From Candidatus Borrarchaeum weybense (lineage in GTDB: Archaea; Asgardarchaeota; Sifarchaeia; Borrarchaeales; Borrarchaeaceae): DNA of 64,000 nt. The notes beneath the pieces were generated by a model. That model worked only from the letters and a program-made list of their open reading frames with translations, was not told the DNA's origin and made no database searches. This document shows, in pieces, positions 19,822 through 29,182 of the stretch (its first letter is position 1; the number at the start of each line of letters is the position of its first letter). The DNA lies in NCBI GenBank assembly GCA_019057385.1, contig JAHQJS010000004.1, forward strand, positions 224,001 through 288,000, given 5' to 3'. The position numbers and the translations under genes were made by a program.

Positions 19822-20775
19822 TATCCTATTCTCTCAATTATTGTCCCAACATTTAATCGAGCAAAGTATCTGAAGGCCACTCTTGAATCTTTACTTCAGC
19901 AAAAATATAAAGATTTCGAAGTTTTTATCGTCGACAACGGACCTTCAACAGACAAAACGAAGGAAATTGTAGAATACTCTGCTAAGAACGATAATCGTAT
20001 TCACTATCTTTCAATAACTCAGAAAGGGTGTATTTTTGCACGAAATATGGGCATTGAAAATGCAAAAGGAGAAATATTTTTAACTCTTGACGATGACGTT
20101 GAATTCTTAGAGCCAGATACTCTACAAAAACTCGTAAATACTTTTAAGTCAGATAATAAGATCGGAATTGTGGGATCTATTGAACTCAGGGAACCCAACC
20201 AAAGAGTTCCAAAAGGTCCAGATCCGCTTCCTGCTGAGACCGGTCGGATTTCTCAAAATGGTGAGTTCAATACGGCCTTTGGATGGATTGAAGGTCATGG
20301 AATTACTGAAGTAGATCACGTAAGGAGTGCATTCATGGCTATTCGAATGGATCTATTTAAATTAGTTGGCAGCTTTGATGAAATATATGATGCAATGGGG
20401 CTGGGATTTCGTTACGAAACTGACATTTGCATGAAAATTAAGAAAATTGGGTTCAAAGTCGTCGTGAATCCTGAAATTAAGATATGGCACAAAGTAGCAA
20501 AGCGTTCTCACGGATTTGAGAGAGGAAAAGGCTTTAAATACTTTTATTACGCGAATAGAAATCATATTTTTTTCATGAGACGGTTTTTTTGGAAGAAAAA
20601 CTCTTTTGAAAAACTTATAATGGATATTCTTAGAGGCACAAGGAGATGTCCAGGCATAAAACAAGGAATCATCAGAATGAGAAATGATTTCAATTTTATG
20701 TGGCCTATTTACATCCTTGCATCAATATCAGGGAAAATTCTAGGTTATTTGAGGTACTCAAAATATGGCTCTTAG
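19822..20775 (+). CDS. GT2 glycosyltransferase; start non-canonical or frameshifted
   Basis: The frame is open from 19822 and encodes the GT2 N-terminus (ILSIIVPTFNR...IVDNG...ARNMG) that the track ORF (20047) lacks; LDDD motif follows. Confidence 0.85.
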   Translation, partial: YPILSIIVPTFNRAKYLKATLESLLQQKYKDFEVFIVDNGPSTDKTKEIVEYSAKNDNRIHYLSITQKGCIFARNMGIENAKGEIFLTLDDDVEFLEPDTLQKLVNTFKSDNKIGIVGSIELREPNQRVPKGPDPLPAETGRISQNGEFNTAFGWIEGHGITEVDHVRSAFMAIRMDLFKLVGSFDEIYDAMGLGFRYETDICMKIKKIGFKVVVNPEIKIWHKVAKRSHGFERGKGFKYFYYANRNHIFFMRRFFWKKNSFEKLIMDILRGTRRCPGIKQGIIRMRNDFNFMWPIYILASISGKILGYLRYSKYGS

Positions 20776-22117
20776 AAAAATCTTGATTACTTGCGATAAT
20801 TATTACCCCGTCCCAGGCGGAATTCAGCAATATGTCCGAGGACTCGGATTAGAATTAAGTAAACAGGGGTACAAAATTAATATCTTGACAAGTTCGGTTG
20901 AAGGTCAACGCAAAAGAGAAAAAATGCCAGAAGGACATGTCATTAGAACATCACTAATGAACAATGCGATATGGCATCCAGAAATTGTTTTATCAAAATG
21001 GAAACAACTTGCATCGCTAATTAGTTCAATTAAACCAGATATAGTACTTGCTAACAATCATGCATCAGTAGCAATTATCAAAGCGGCGAAATCTTTAGGA
21101 ATTCCAGTTATCCATTGCTGTCGGGGGTGGGGGTTACTTTGTCCTTTAAAGGTTAGGTTGATTAAACCAGAAACTGATGAACTTTGTTTCAATGAACGAT
21201 CATTTGAAAATTGTTCAGTATGTGCTAAGAGAAAAGGGAAGCTTTTTGAGTATAGTGATAAACTAGAACATTCAAAACAGGAGCTTTTCTATGGAAATCA
21301 GATTTCTTTGAAACGAAAATTGAAATTGTTATTAAATTGCGTTTCTCCTATTCCCATTCCTAAACTAAAAGCGATGCTTTCTTTAAAGGCGCTCAAATCC
21401 TTGATAGATCGCTATGACCAGTATCAATTAATTCTAGAATCTGCAGACAGAGTTATATCTCTTTCAAAAATGTATTGTTCCTTTTTTGATTCTAAAAAAG
21501 CAGAAGCAATACCTACAGGCATAGATGAAGAATTTTATCATCCAGTTGATGAAACTTCATTTCTAAATAAACTCAATATAATAGAACCATATGTTCTTGT
21601 TACGAGCCGTATTCATCATAATAAAGGTCAAAAATGGGCTGTTGAGGCGCTGAAATATCTATCTACTGATATAAAACTAGTCCTAGCTGGCAAACTTAAA
21701 AACAATATACACACCAGAGAGATTGTTGAAACAATAAAGCAGTTAGATCTTGAGGACCGGGTTGTTTTTACCGATTTTCTAATGCCGAAAGAGTTGAAAC
21801 AATTATATTCAGGGGCTATCGCAACAATCGTTCCTTCAATATGGGCTGAGCCTTACGGACAAGTTACTATTGAAGCAATGGCTTGTGCTTGCCCAGTGAT
21901 TATTACAGAGAATTCTGGTTCTGCTGAAGCCGTGGATGACGGAGTTGATGGTTATATAGTTCCACGAAAAGATTCAAAGGCAATTGCTTGTGCAATAAAG
22001 ATGATACAGAAGAAACGTGATGAGTTCGGACAGAAAGCACGTGAAAAAATCCTGAAAAAATATGCTTGGCCAATTTTATCAAAAAAAATAATCGGGATTT
22101 TTCGCGAAGTATATTGA
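20765..22117 (+). CDS. GT4 glycosyltransferase with Cys-rich insert
   Basis: YYPVPGG, LCP...C...CSVC, SRIHHNKG, PSIWAEPYGQVTIEAMA. Confidence 0.92.
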   Translation: MALRKILITCDNYYPVPGGIQQYVRGLGLELSKQGYKINILTSSVEGQRKREKMPEGHVIRTSLMNNAIWHPEIVLSKWKQLASLISSIKPDIVLANNHASVAIIKAAKSLGIPVIHCCRGWGLLCPLKVRLIKPETDELCFNERSFENCSVCAKRKGKLFEYSDKLEHSKQELFYGNQISLKRKLKLLLNCVSPIPIPKLKAMLSLKALKSLIDRYDQYQLILESADRVISLSKMYCSFFDSKKAEAIPTGIDEEFYHPVDETSFLNKLNIIEPYVLVTSRIHHNKGQKWAVEALKYLSTDIKLVLAGKLKNNIHTREIVETIKQLDLEDRVVFTDFLMPKELKQLYSGAIATIVPSIWAEPYGQVTIEAMACACPVIITENSGSAEAVDDGVDGYIVPRKDSKAIACAIKMIQKKRDEFGQKAREKILKKYAWPILSKKIIGIFREVY

Positions 22118-22120
22118 AAA

Positions 22121-23533
22121 GTGATCATGATAGCGAAGTATTTTCGTTTAAAAATTTTGAAGAGAAGGAAAGTAAGAATGAGCAAAATCATTAGGGTTTT
22201 TCTAAAAAGAATAGATCGGATTGTACAGACTTTTTGTTTAAAAAGACGCGAACTACATACGATCCTTTTCATAATTACTGTTAATTTCTTGTATTTCCTC
22301 ATTGTGTTTTTAAGTTATTTCTTAATATTAGATGGGAGGTGGGCATTTTACGGAAACCCGCTTGCATGGCTTGCTGAATGGATTGATTATAATACAATTT
22401 TAAGAAAAGCAGTTTCAAATCAGTTTACTTCATTGAGGTTTCCTATCTTAGGTTCATTATATCTATATTTGGTTGGACGCGCTGCTCTTATCAGCAGCAC
22501 CTTGGTTTCTTCAGTTCTTTTACGTCCAATTTTCTATTTATATATGGGTCTATTTAATGTACTTTTTGAGATTATTACCGTTATTTTAACAATGAGGCTT
22601 GTTTCTCGCTATTTTGGACAGATTTATGCCTCTAATATCACATTCATCTTCATTTTATTACCAATAGTATGGTGGACAACGATTTGTCGATGGGATCTGC
22701 TTCCCTTAGCTCTTACAGTTTGTACTATATATTTTGCAGTGGAAAATAAGGCTTGGTATGCGTGGTCCTCGCTTACTATTGCCGTTTTGGCGAAATTATA
22801 TCCAATAATTTTCGCAATTCCCTTATTGTTTTATTACTTCGAAAAAAACGGTGCTAAAAAAACGTTAATTTATGTATCGAGCATGATCATCGTGACAGTG
22901 CTTATTTATATTCCATTTTACTTAATTTACGGATGGAATATTTTTAATGGAGTTTCTCAGAATATAATTGTAAATGCTTCTCGATCTTCAATTTGGTATT
23001 GGATTTCTATCTTATGCGGAGAAAAAGAAAAAGCTTTATTATTTTCAGTCTCAGGTTATATTCAAGCAGCGGTTATTTTCTCATATGTTCTTTTGGATTA
23101 TTTTCATGAAAGAAATCAAGAGAACCCACTAACTGTAGATAAGGCCCTACTAAAAAGGTGCTCAATTGTTATTTTACTTTTTTTGGTGACCTTTAAGTTT
23201 AGTAAACCACAAGGCATAATGTATGGATTGCCATTAGTAATATTTTTCAGTAATAGCTTTAAAAAGTTCTTTTATTTTCTTATATGGCTTATAACTTTGC
23301 ATGTAGTTGCGTATCCGAGAATTATGATTTACGCATATTTGAGGGTTAAACCTTCGCTTACAATATATATTCTTATTGGGATCGCATTCCTTACTCTTTA
23401 TACAGCAGTTGTTGCTCTAATTCTTTTTAACAAAAATCTATTTGAAAATGACATTCAAATTTTGAGTGAAAGAGATTTCATAATAGAGTTACACAATTAT
23501 GTAAAAAAGATTAAGAAATTTCTAATGAAATGA
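22121..23533 (+). CDS. GT-C membrane glycosyltransferase (GT87/DUF2029-like)
   Basis: Multi-TM protein with RWDLLP, AKLYPII and FSKPQ. The exact start is uncertain. Confidence 0.72.
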   Translation: MIMIAKYFRLKILKRRKVRMSKIIRVFLKRIDRIVQTFCLKRRELHTILFIITVNFLYFLIVFLSYFLILDGRWAFYGNPLAWLAEWIDYNTILRKAVSNQFTSLRFPILGSLYLYLVGRAALISSTLVSSVLLRPIFYLYMGLFNVLFEIITVILTMRLVSRYFGQIYASNITFIFILLPIVWWTTICRWDLLPLALTVCTIYFAVENKAWYAWSSLTIAVLAKLYPIIFAIPLLFYYFEKNGAKKTLIYVSSMIIVTVLIYIPFYLIYGWNIFNGVSQNIIVNASRSSIWYWISILCGEKEKALLFSVSGYIQAAVIFSYVLLDYFHERNQENPLTVDKALLKRCSIVILLFLVTFKFSKPQGIMYGLPLVIFFSNSFKKFFYFLIWLITLHVVAYPRIMIYAYLRVKPSLTIYILIGIAFLTLYTAVVALILFNKNLFENDIQILSERDFIIELHNYVKKIKKFLMK

Positions 23534-23548
23534 AGAAGAACCTAAAGG

Positions 23549-25267
23549 ATGTTTATAATGAAGTTAGAGAAATACGATAGAAATATGCTTTTGGTCGTTA
23601 TAATTAGCACGTTTATCAATTTTTTAGCCCATGTTTATGATTATGTCTTCTACAAAGGCAATTTCGTCGTTAATGGTTTTAGTGCTTATTATGATGTTCC
23701 CGAACATTTGCTTTATACGATGGAACTTCTAAGAAGTGAACATCCCTTTCCAAATCCAATGGCTGCTGGCTTCGCGATAAATTACCCGATAGGTCTTCCC
23801 CTTCTGATTGCAATTTTTGTAACAATAACTGGGGCTCCTGTTCTCCAGGTATTTAGAGTTTTTTCCATCATTTTAAATATTTTTATTGGATTAACAAGCT
23901 ACATAATGGTCTCTTCACTTTTTAAAAACAAAAGAATAGGTTGCTATACTACATTTTTCATTCTCTTTTCAGGTGGATTTTTTTGGACCACCTATTTATT
24001 CCCGATCTTGAATTTAGGCCAAAGTGGATTTTTATACGAATTCCTGAGAGTGGAGTACAACTATTATACTTCTTTGATCAGTGTCAACCTTTTTAGACCT
24101 TTGTCAAGAACTTTCGGATTCGGACTATTTTGTTTTTATTTTTATTTTCTAAACATGTTTTTAAAATCAAAGAAAATTAAGTATATGCTTCTTAATGGGC
24201 TCCTATTAGGCATACTGCTTAATACATCGCCTGGCATGATAATTGAACTCTTTATTTTATCAATAATGGCTTTATTGTATTTTAAACCGCCTCTAAATAA
24301 TAGCTTAAGATATTTTTTAACATTACTAATTTCATTATTCCTGTTTTCTATCCCATTATCTTTTGAACTTGTCGCCGGGGCTTTGACAGGTAAAACAATA
24401 GTAGGTGTTGGTAGGTATCTATCTCCCCTGTTCTATTTGCCATTTTTTGGGATCGCTTTTTTTTTAATGATCATTGGTGTGCTATTCTATCCAATGAAGG
24501 AAAAAAAGATCAGAGATTTTTTTCTTTTATGGCTAGCTATTGCGTTAATTCTCGCTAATATTCCCCTCATTGGGACAACATATCAGGCAGCCATAATTGC
24601 TTTATTACTAGCGAATACACATGTTTTTACATTATTACTAAATATTCCCGTCTATATATTTTCTAGTTTAGGTTTAGTCAAAATTCTTGATTTAAAACCA
24701 GTTAGATGGCCAATGAGATGGTTCAGCTTTAAACGTTACGGAATTCTTCTTGTAGTACTAACTTGTTGCTTTTCCACATTACTATTAATTTACATTAGAG
24801 GCTACAAAATACGCGCAGGAAGTATGGCAACCGAAGAAGAATATAATGCGCTAATGTGGGTGCGTAAGAATACCAAAAAAGATGACTTATTCTTGACATT
24901 CCATTATATAAATATGGAACAAACAGAAATTCGAGGAAAACTTGTCAGAGCTGGTAGAGGTCATTCATGGGTTACAATCATTGGCGAAAGGAGAGTTCTT
25001 TTGAATTTGAAGTCAGTATTTCTTTCAAGAGGAATTAATCGTAGTGAACTTGTTGTGATTGCATCTGACATTGATTTCATATATACCTCAACTAATGAAC
25101 AAAAAACCATTCAATTGCTAGAATCATATTCTGTTTCATATATCTATGTAGGACCAGATGAACAGGAACAATATGAAGTTGCTATGAACAAGTTTGGAAA
25201 TCAGAAATATTTTGATAATGTTTATCTGAATGATTTAGTTACGATTTACAAATTAAAAACCACTTGA
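23549..25267 (+). CDS. GT-C-like membrane protein with STT3-like extracytoplasmic tail
   Basis: YDVPEH, P.PNP..G..INYP, ALMWVRKNT, YIYVGPDE. Confidence 0.75.
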   Translation: MFIMKLEKYDRNMLLVVIISTFINFLAHVYDYVFYKGNFVVNGFSAYYDVPEHLLYTMELLRSEHPFPNPMAAGFAINYPIGLPLLIAIFVTITGAPVLQVFRVFSIILNIFIGLTSYIMVSSLFKNKRIGCYTTFFILFSGGFFWTTYLFPILNLGQSGFLYEFLRVEYNYYTSLISVNLFRPLSRTFGFGLFCFYFYFLNMFLKSKKIKYMLLNGLLLGILLNTSPGMIIELFILSIMALLYFKPPLNNSLRYFLTLLISLFLFSIPLSFELVAGALTGKTIVGVGRYLSPLFYLPFFGIAFFLMIIGVLFYPMKEKKIRDFFLLWLAIALILANIPLIGTTYQAAIIALLLANTHVFTLLLNIPVYIFSSLGLVKILDLKPVRWPMRWFSFKRYGILLVVLTCCFSTLLLIYIRGYKIRAGSMATEEEYNALMWVRKNTKKDDLFLTFHYINMEQTEIRGKLVRAGRGHSWVTIIGERRVLLNLKSVFLSRGINRSELVVIASDIDFIYTSTNEQKTIQLLESYSVSYIYVGPDEQEQYEVAMNKFGNQKYFDNVYLNDLVTIYKLKTT

Positions 25268-25289
25268 TTTAATGTAAAGACCCAAAACT
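25196..25289 (+). repeat. Copy 1 of a 94-bp degenerate direct repeat (3' end of the 23549 gene plus tail)
   Basis: Ungapped manual alignment to 27458-27551 gives 71/94 identities. Confidence 0.85.
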
Positions 25290-25580
25290 GTGATATAGGC
25301 CTTTAAAATCTTGTTCTAGCAATAGAAGTCGTGATGAAGACAGCAGTTCATAAAGGAATCATGAAAATAGCCTTAAGTTTTGCTATACAGAATATAGAAA
25401 TCTAATGATTTTTTTTACTACTATAAAAGTGTTCATTTTCTCACCAACTTGAAAATGACATCGCAATTTAAATGAATAGATTTCATGGCGTAATTATATA
25501 ATTTTGTAAAGAGGATTAAATTCTTCATATTAAATAAGGAACTTGCTTCTTAACGTACCAATGTACCCATCCAAAGTGAT

Positions 25581-26231
25581 TTAGTCGGTATTTTGGCATA
25601 CAACAACCATCGCTGGAGCATAATTGCGCAAAAGTTTGGTTGGCAGGTGAAGGTAGTAACCACCAGGAAATAAAAACCTATAAATGCCACGCCACTTTTT
25701 AATCAAAAAATATTTTTCTGCCCAGTATAGCCAAAAGTTTCGTGATTTTTTGTGGACATGAGTTGGATCCTTGTCCATGATTTTAATCAATAGTCCTGTG
25801 GGACCGTCATAAACAGGAACTGAGAATATAAAGTGTCCAGAAGGACTCAAATTTGACTTCACAGCATTAATGACTTTGCTTAAATCCTCAATATGTTCAA
25901 TTACATCAAATGCGGTAATTATATCAAAGGAATGATTAAACGGAATTTTTTCAATGTCAGATTGAACCAGATTGGAGGAGATTTCTGGATTTTTCTGCTT
26001 CGCCTGAGAAATTGCATAATTACTTGTATCAATGCCAAAGCATTTATAGTGTGGGTGTAGTTTGGAAAGAAAGTTACCTAATCCACACCCCACATCTAAC
26101 ACAAATTGATTTCGCGTAGTAACTTCTTCTACTAGTTTGCAATAAAAAGCCATTTTGGTGGGGGGATTTTGTAAATCATAATTTTTATATACACAATGAA
26201 AGTATTCGGCATCAAACCTATGGTTTTTCAT
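25581..26231 (-). CDS. Class I SAM-dependent methyltransferase
   Basis: VLDVGCGLG, GIDTS, FDVIEHI, DPTH. Confidence 0.92.
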   Translation of the reverse strand: MKNHRFDAEYFHCVYKNYDLQNPPTKMAFYCKLVEEVTTRNQFVLDVGCGLGNFLSKLHPHYKCFGIDTSNYAISQAKQKNPEISSNLVQSDIEKIPFNHSFDIITAFDVIEHIEDLSKVINAVKSNLSPSGHFIFSVPVYDGPTGLLIKIMDKDPTHVHKKSRNFWLYWAEKYFLIKKWRGIYRFLFPGGYYLHLPTKLLRNYAPAMVVVCQNTD

Positions 26232-26974
26232 ATTCCCAACCTTCTTTTGATAAGCAAAACCATAGTGTTTTTGATAGTGGCAGGTATATTCATCTTGCTT
26301 TTGCCTTTCTTACTGTCATACCGTAAAATGAGTGGAACCTCTCCAAATGTAATATTGGTTTTCCTAAACTTTAAGAGGATGTCCACCATGCATTGAAATC
26401 CATCCTGATCAATGAAACTTTTCCCGTATCTGTTAATAGCGTTTTTAATGACTTTTGAACTATAAGCCCGATACCCGCATGTATAATCCCTGACACCATT
26501 GATAGGCATTATTAAGCGAAATAACCAAGACGCCCCAAAACTAAGAATCTTTCTGATTAGGGGAACTCCTATGGTTTTTGATCCGGGTTGAAAACGTGAT
26601 GCAATCACTACGCAATATCCCTCTGAAATCATTCTAACCATTCTTATAATAACTTTTGGAGTGTGGGTATCATCGGCATCCATTGTGATAAGGATGTCCC
26701 TGTCAGAAGCCAATTTTGAGGCAGTATAAAGCCCATCACGAATTGTAGCGCCTAGTCCCATGTTTTTATCATGTTTTTCAAAGATTATCGGCATTTTTTT
26801 TGATCGAGAACTAACAATTTTCTCAGTAGAATCATTGCTTCCATCGTCTATCAAAATAATTTCATATGGGGTAAGAGAAAACTTATTCATTGTTTCTTCA
26901 ATTCTGTCCAATAACCGTCCGATGTTTCCTTCTTCATTATAAGTAGGAAGTACTAAGAATACTTTTCTCTTCAT
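26228..26974 (-). CDS. DPM1-like polyprenol/dolichol-phosphate glycosyltransferase (GT2)
   Basis: LPTYNEE, IDDGSND, MDADDTH, IASRF, DYTCGYRAY; overlaps the methyltransferase by 4 bp. Confidence 0.9.
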   Translation of the reverse strand: MKRKVFLVLPTYNEEGNIGRLLDRIEETMNKFSLTPYEIILIDDGSNDSTEKIVSSRSKKMPIIFEKHDKNMGLGATIRDGLYTASKLASDRDILITMDADDTHTPKVIIRMVRMISEGYCVVIASRFQPGSKTIGVPLIRKILSFGASWLFRLIMPINGVRDYTCGYRAYSSKVIKNAINRYGKSFIDQDGFQCMVDILLKFRKTNITFGEVPLILRYDSKKGKSKMNIPATIKNTMVLLIKRRLGI

Positions 26975-27457
26975 TTACATAGCCCCAATTCAAGAGCATT
27001 ATTGATTTTCTAGATTTGTTTAACTATATCATTTATTGAACCCTTCTCATAAACTCCTGGGGCACCTCACCTTTTTACTGAACAATTATTGAAAGAAATA
27101 CTTTTTGGCTATTGAGATAGGTCAACTTAATAATTCTCCATTTAGGTTTTTACGTCTCGATTTTATAGCAGTCTGTAAGCCTATTTAATTAGATCAGATT
27201 TTTCCATAAATTATTTATCTCCTCTTTGAAAAAATGGAGCCTTAATTAGAGAAGACAGATATGGACTATACAAAATATTCTTCGAAGTTTGTGGAACAAT
27301 TTAAAACTTTTAAAACAATGGAAATCAATATACGTATTCAAGGATATTCTATCAAAATTCAAAAAAGAAAGTTGCTGCTCTTACAGACAAAAACGCTCCC
27401 TATCTTGTCTAGAATCGATCCTAATTTAAATTATCATTATACAAGTTTCTTGTTAGA

Positions 27458-27551
27458 GGAAATCAGATGAAATTAGAAAATGTTTATTTAAATGATTTAG
27501 TGAAAAGCTAAAGAATAAAATCTACATGATTTCATGTGAATACTCAAAACT
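27458..27551 (+). pseudogene. Decayed copy of the 3' end of the 23549-25267 gene (repeat copy 2)
   Basis: Translates GNQMKLENVYLNDLVKS*RIKST* versus GNQKYFDNVYLNDLVTIYKLKTT* in the intact gene. Confidence 0.78.
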
Positions 27552-27676
27552 ATTGAAAAGACGTTATGAGATTTATTCGAAAAAAAAGATGTAAAGTTAT
27601 AGACAGTGCAGATAGACACATTAAATGTAGCCAAAAATCCTATTAATCCAAACAGCAAAATCAGAGGATATTAGAT

Positions 27677-28867
27677 ATGCCTACTCGGAAAGTGTTTATT
27701 TTTTCGCCAATTCCTATCTTTCCGGCAATTGCGGCTAACCAAAAAGATATTTTGGGCCATGTCTTGTTATTCAAAGAACTAGGTTACGATATTACTCTTT
27801 TTTGCTACAATAGGGAACGATATCCGACTGATTTTGATCTGAATCGACAAAACGCTCTTAAATATGGCATAAAAATTGAATTCTTGAAAAGAAAGAGAGA
27901 ACAAGACAATATTTATACCTATTGGTATCAGGTAGGACCTCTTGTTAATGTTCATGCAATTCGAACAATACAGTCTCACATTGAGAGCGAAAAACCTGAT
28001 ATACTTCTTTTTGAATATACTCGTTTTGCTTATTTATGTTCGTTATTGAAAAAAGGCGATGCTAAAATAATATTTAGAGTTCATAACTTCGAACTCTTTC
28101 ATAATTATGATAAAGCGAAAATAAATATGGGAGATGGGTTATATAATTGGTTAAAAATGATAAAAAGGGACTGGCGCGTATGGCTAAGCATTTTATTCGG
28201 TGAAAGGCTTATGTTAAAGCTGTCTGACGAAATTCTTTGCATTTCTTGGGGGGATTTTGAATTTTATAAAAGAATATTCCTTACAAATAAGCCAATTTAC
28301 TTCCCTCTATATCTCGGAGAGTTCACAAAAGTTGATGTGAAAGACAAGGAAACTCTTGATGTGATTTACATGGGGGGCAATTTCTCTAACAATGTGAATC
28401 GTAGTGGTGGCGACTATCTTGTAAAAAAAATAATTCCATTAGTCAATAAGAAACATCCAAAAAAGTTTAGATTCCATATAACAGGAAGAGGAGCAAGAGA
28501 AGTCTATGATATGAAACAAACAGAAAATCTTATTGTCCACGATTTTGTTGAAGACATAGAATCTTTGTACAATAAAATGGATATTGCTTGTATTCCCATA
28601 AAAGCAGGGAGGGGTTGCAAGATAAAAATGTTAGAGGCACTTAAGAAAGGTGTTCCTACAATTGGTTTCAGGAGAACTTTCTCAGGAATTCCATATATAG
28701 CAAATTCTTTCATATTTGCTGAAAATGCAAAAGATTACGTAAAAGCATTTGAAAAACTTCTTTCGGTATCTATTCGTCAAGAGCTATCTCGAAATTCACA
28801 AAGAGAAGTTGATATTCTCACGAACAAAGAACGTCTATTGTCTTGTTTACGAGATTTAGGATTTTGA
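27677..28867 (+). CDS. GT4-like glycosyltransferase
   Basis: RVHNFE, YMGGNF, PIKAGRGCKIKMLEAL..GVP. Confidence 0.88.
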   Translation: MPTRKVFIFSPIPIFPAIAANQKDILGHVLLFKELGYDITLFCYNRERYPTDFDLNRQNALKYGIKIEFLKRKREQDNIYTYWYQVGPLVNVHAIRTIQSHIESEKPDILLFEYTRFAYLCSLLKKGDAKIIFRVHNFELFHNYDKAKINMGDGLYNWLKMIKRDWRVWLSILFGERLMLKLSDEILCISWGDFEFYKRIFLTNKPIYFPLYLGEFTKVDVKDKETLDVIYMGGNFSNNVNRSGGDYLVKKIIPLVNKKHPKKFRFHITGRGAREVYDMKQTENLIVHDFVEDIESLYNKMDIACIPIKAGRGCKIKMLEALKKGVPTIGFRRTFSGIPYIANSFIFAENAKDYVKAFEKLLSVSIRQELSRNSQREVDILTNKERLLSCLRDLGF

Positions 28868-29182
28868 TTTATCCACAATATAAACTCCAAAGGAAATATT
28901 TAGTCTTATAAAGCATTCGACAAATGCAGAGTGACTAACAAATTAAGCCACATAATAGAATCATTAATATGAAGATCAACGTTACAGAAACAACAATTTC
29001 AGTTATCTGTAGAGATGCATATCCTTTTGTAAATTCAGGATCTCCAAAATTGTAATCTTTTCATTCAGATTGAAAAAACTAAAACTACAAAATGCTTTAA
29101 TTAGTTAGCATATCCTGATGTGTTAGAAAACTTGAAAATCTATATATAATATGATTTTAGGAAATTTCTTGAGATATCTAAG

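Noticed and set aside
23549-25267. AglB/STT3 oligosaccharyltransferase call for the tailed GT-C proteins
   Set aside because: None contains the WWDYG motif.
27261-27470. 69-aa ORF
   Set aside because: It has no motifs, lies in a decayed spacer and runs out of frame into the pseudogene repeat.
28869-28877. Perfect DnaA box TTATCCACA
   Set aside because: It is a single copy in an archaeal-looking glycan locus with no other origin features.
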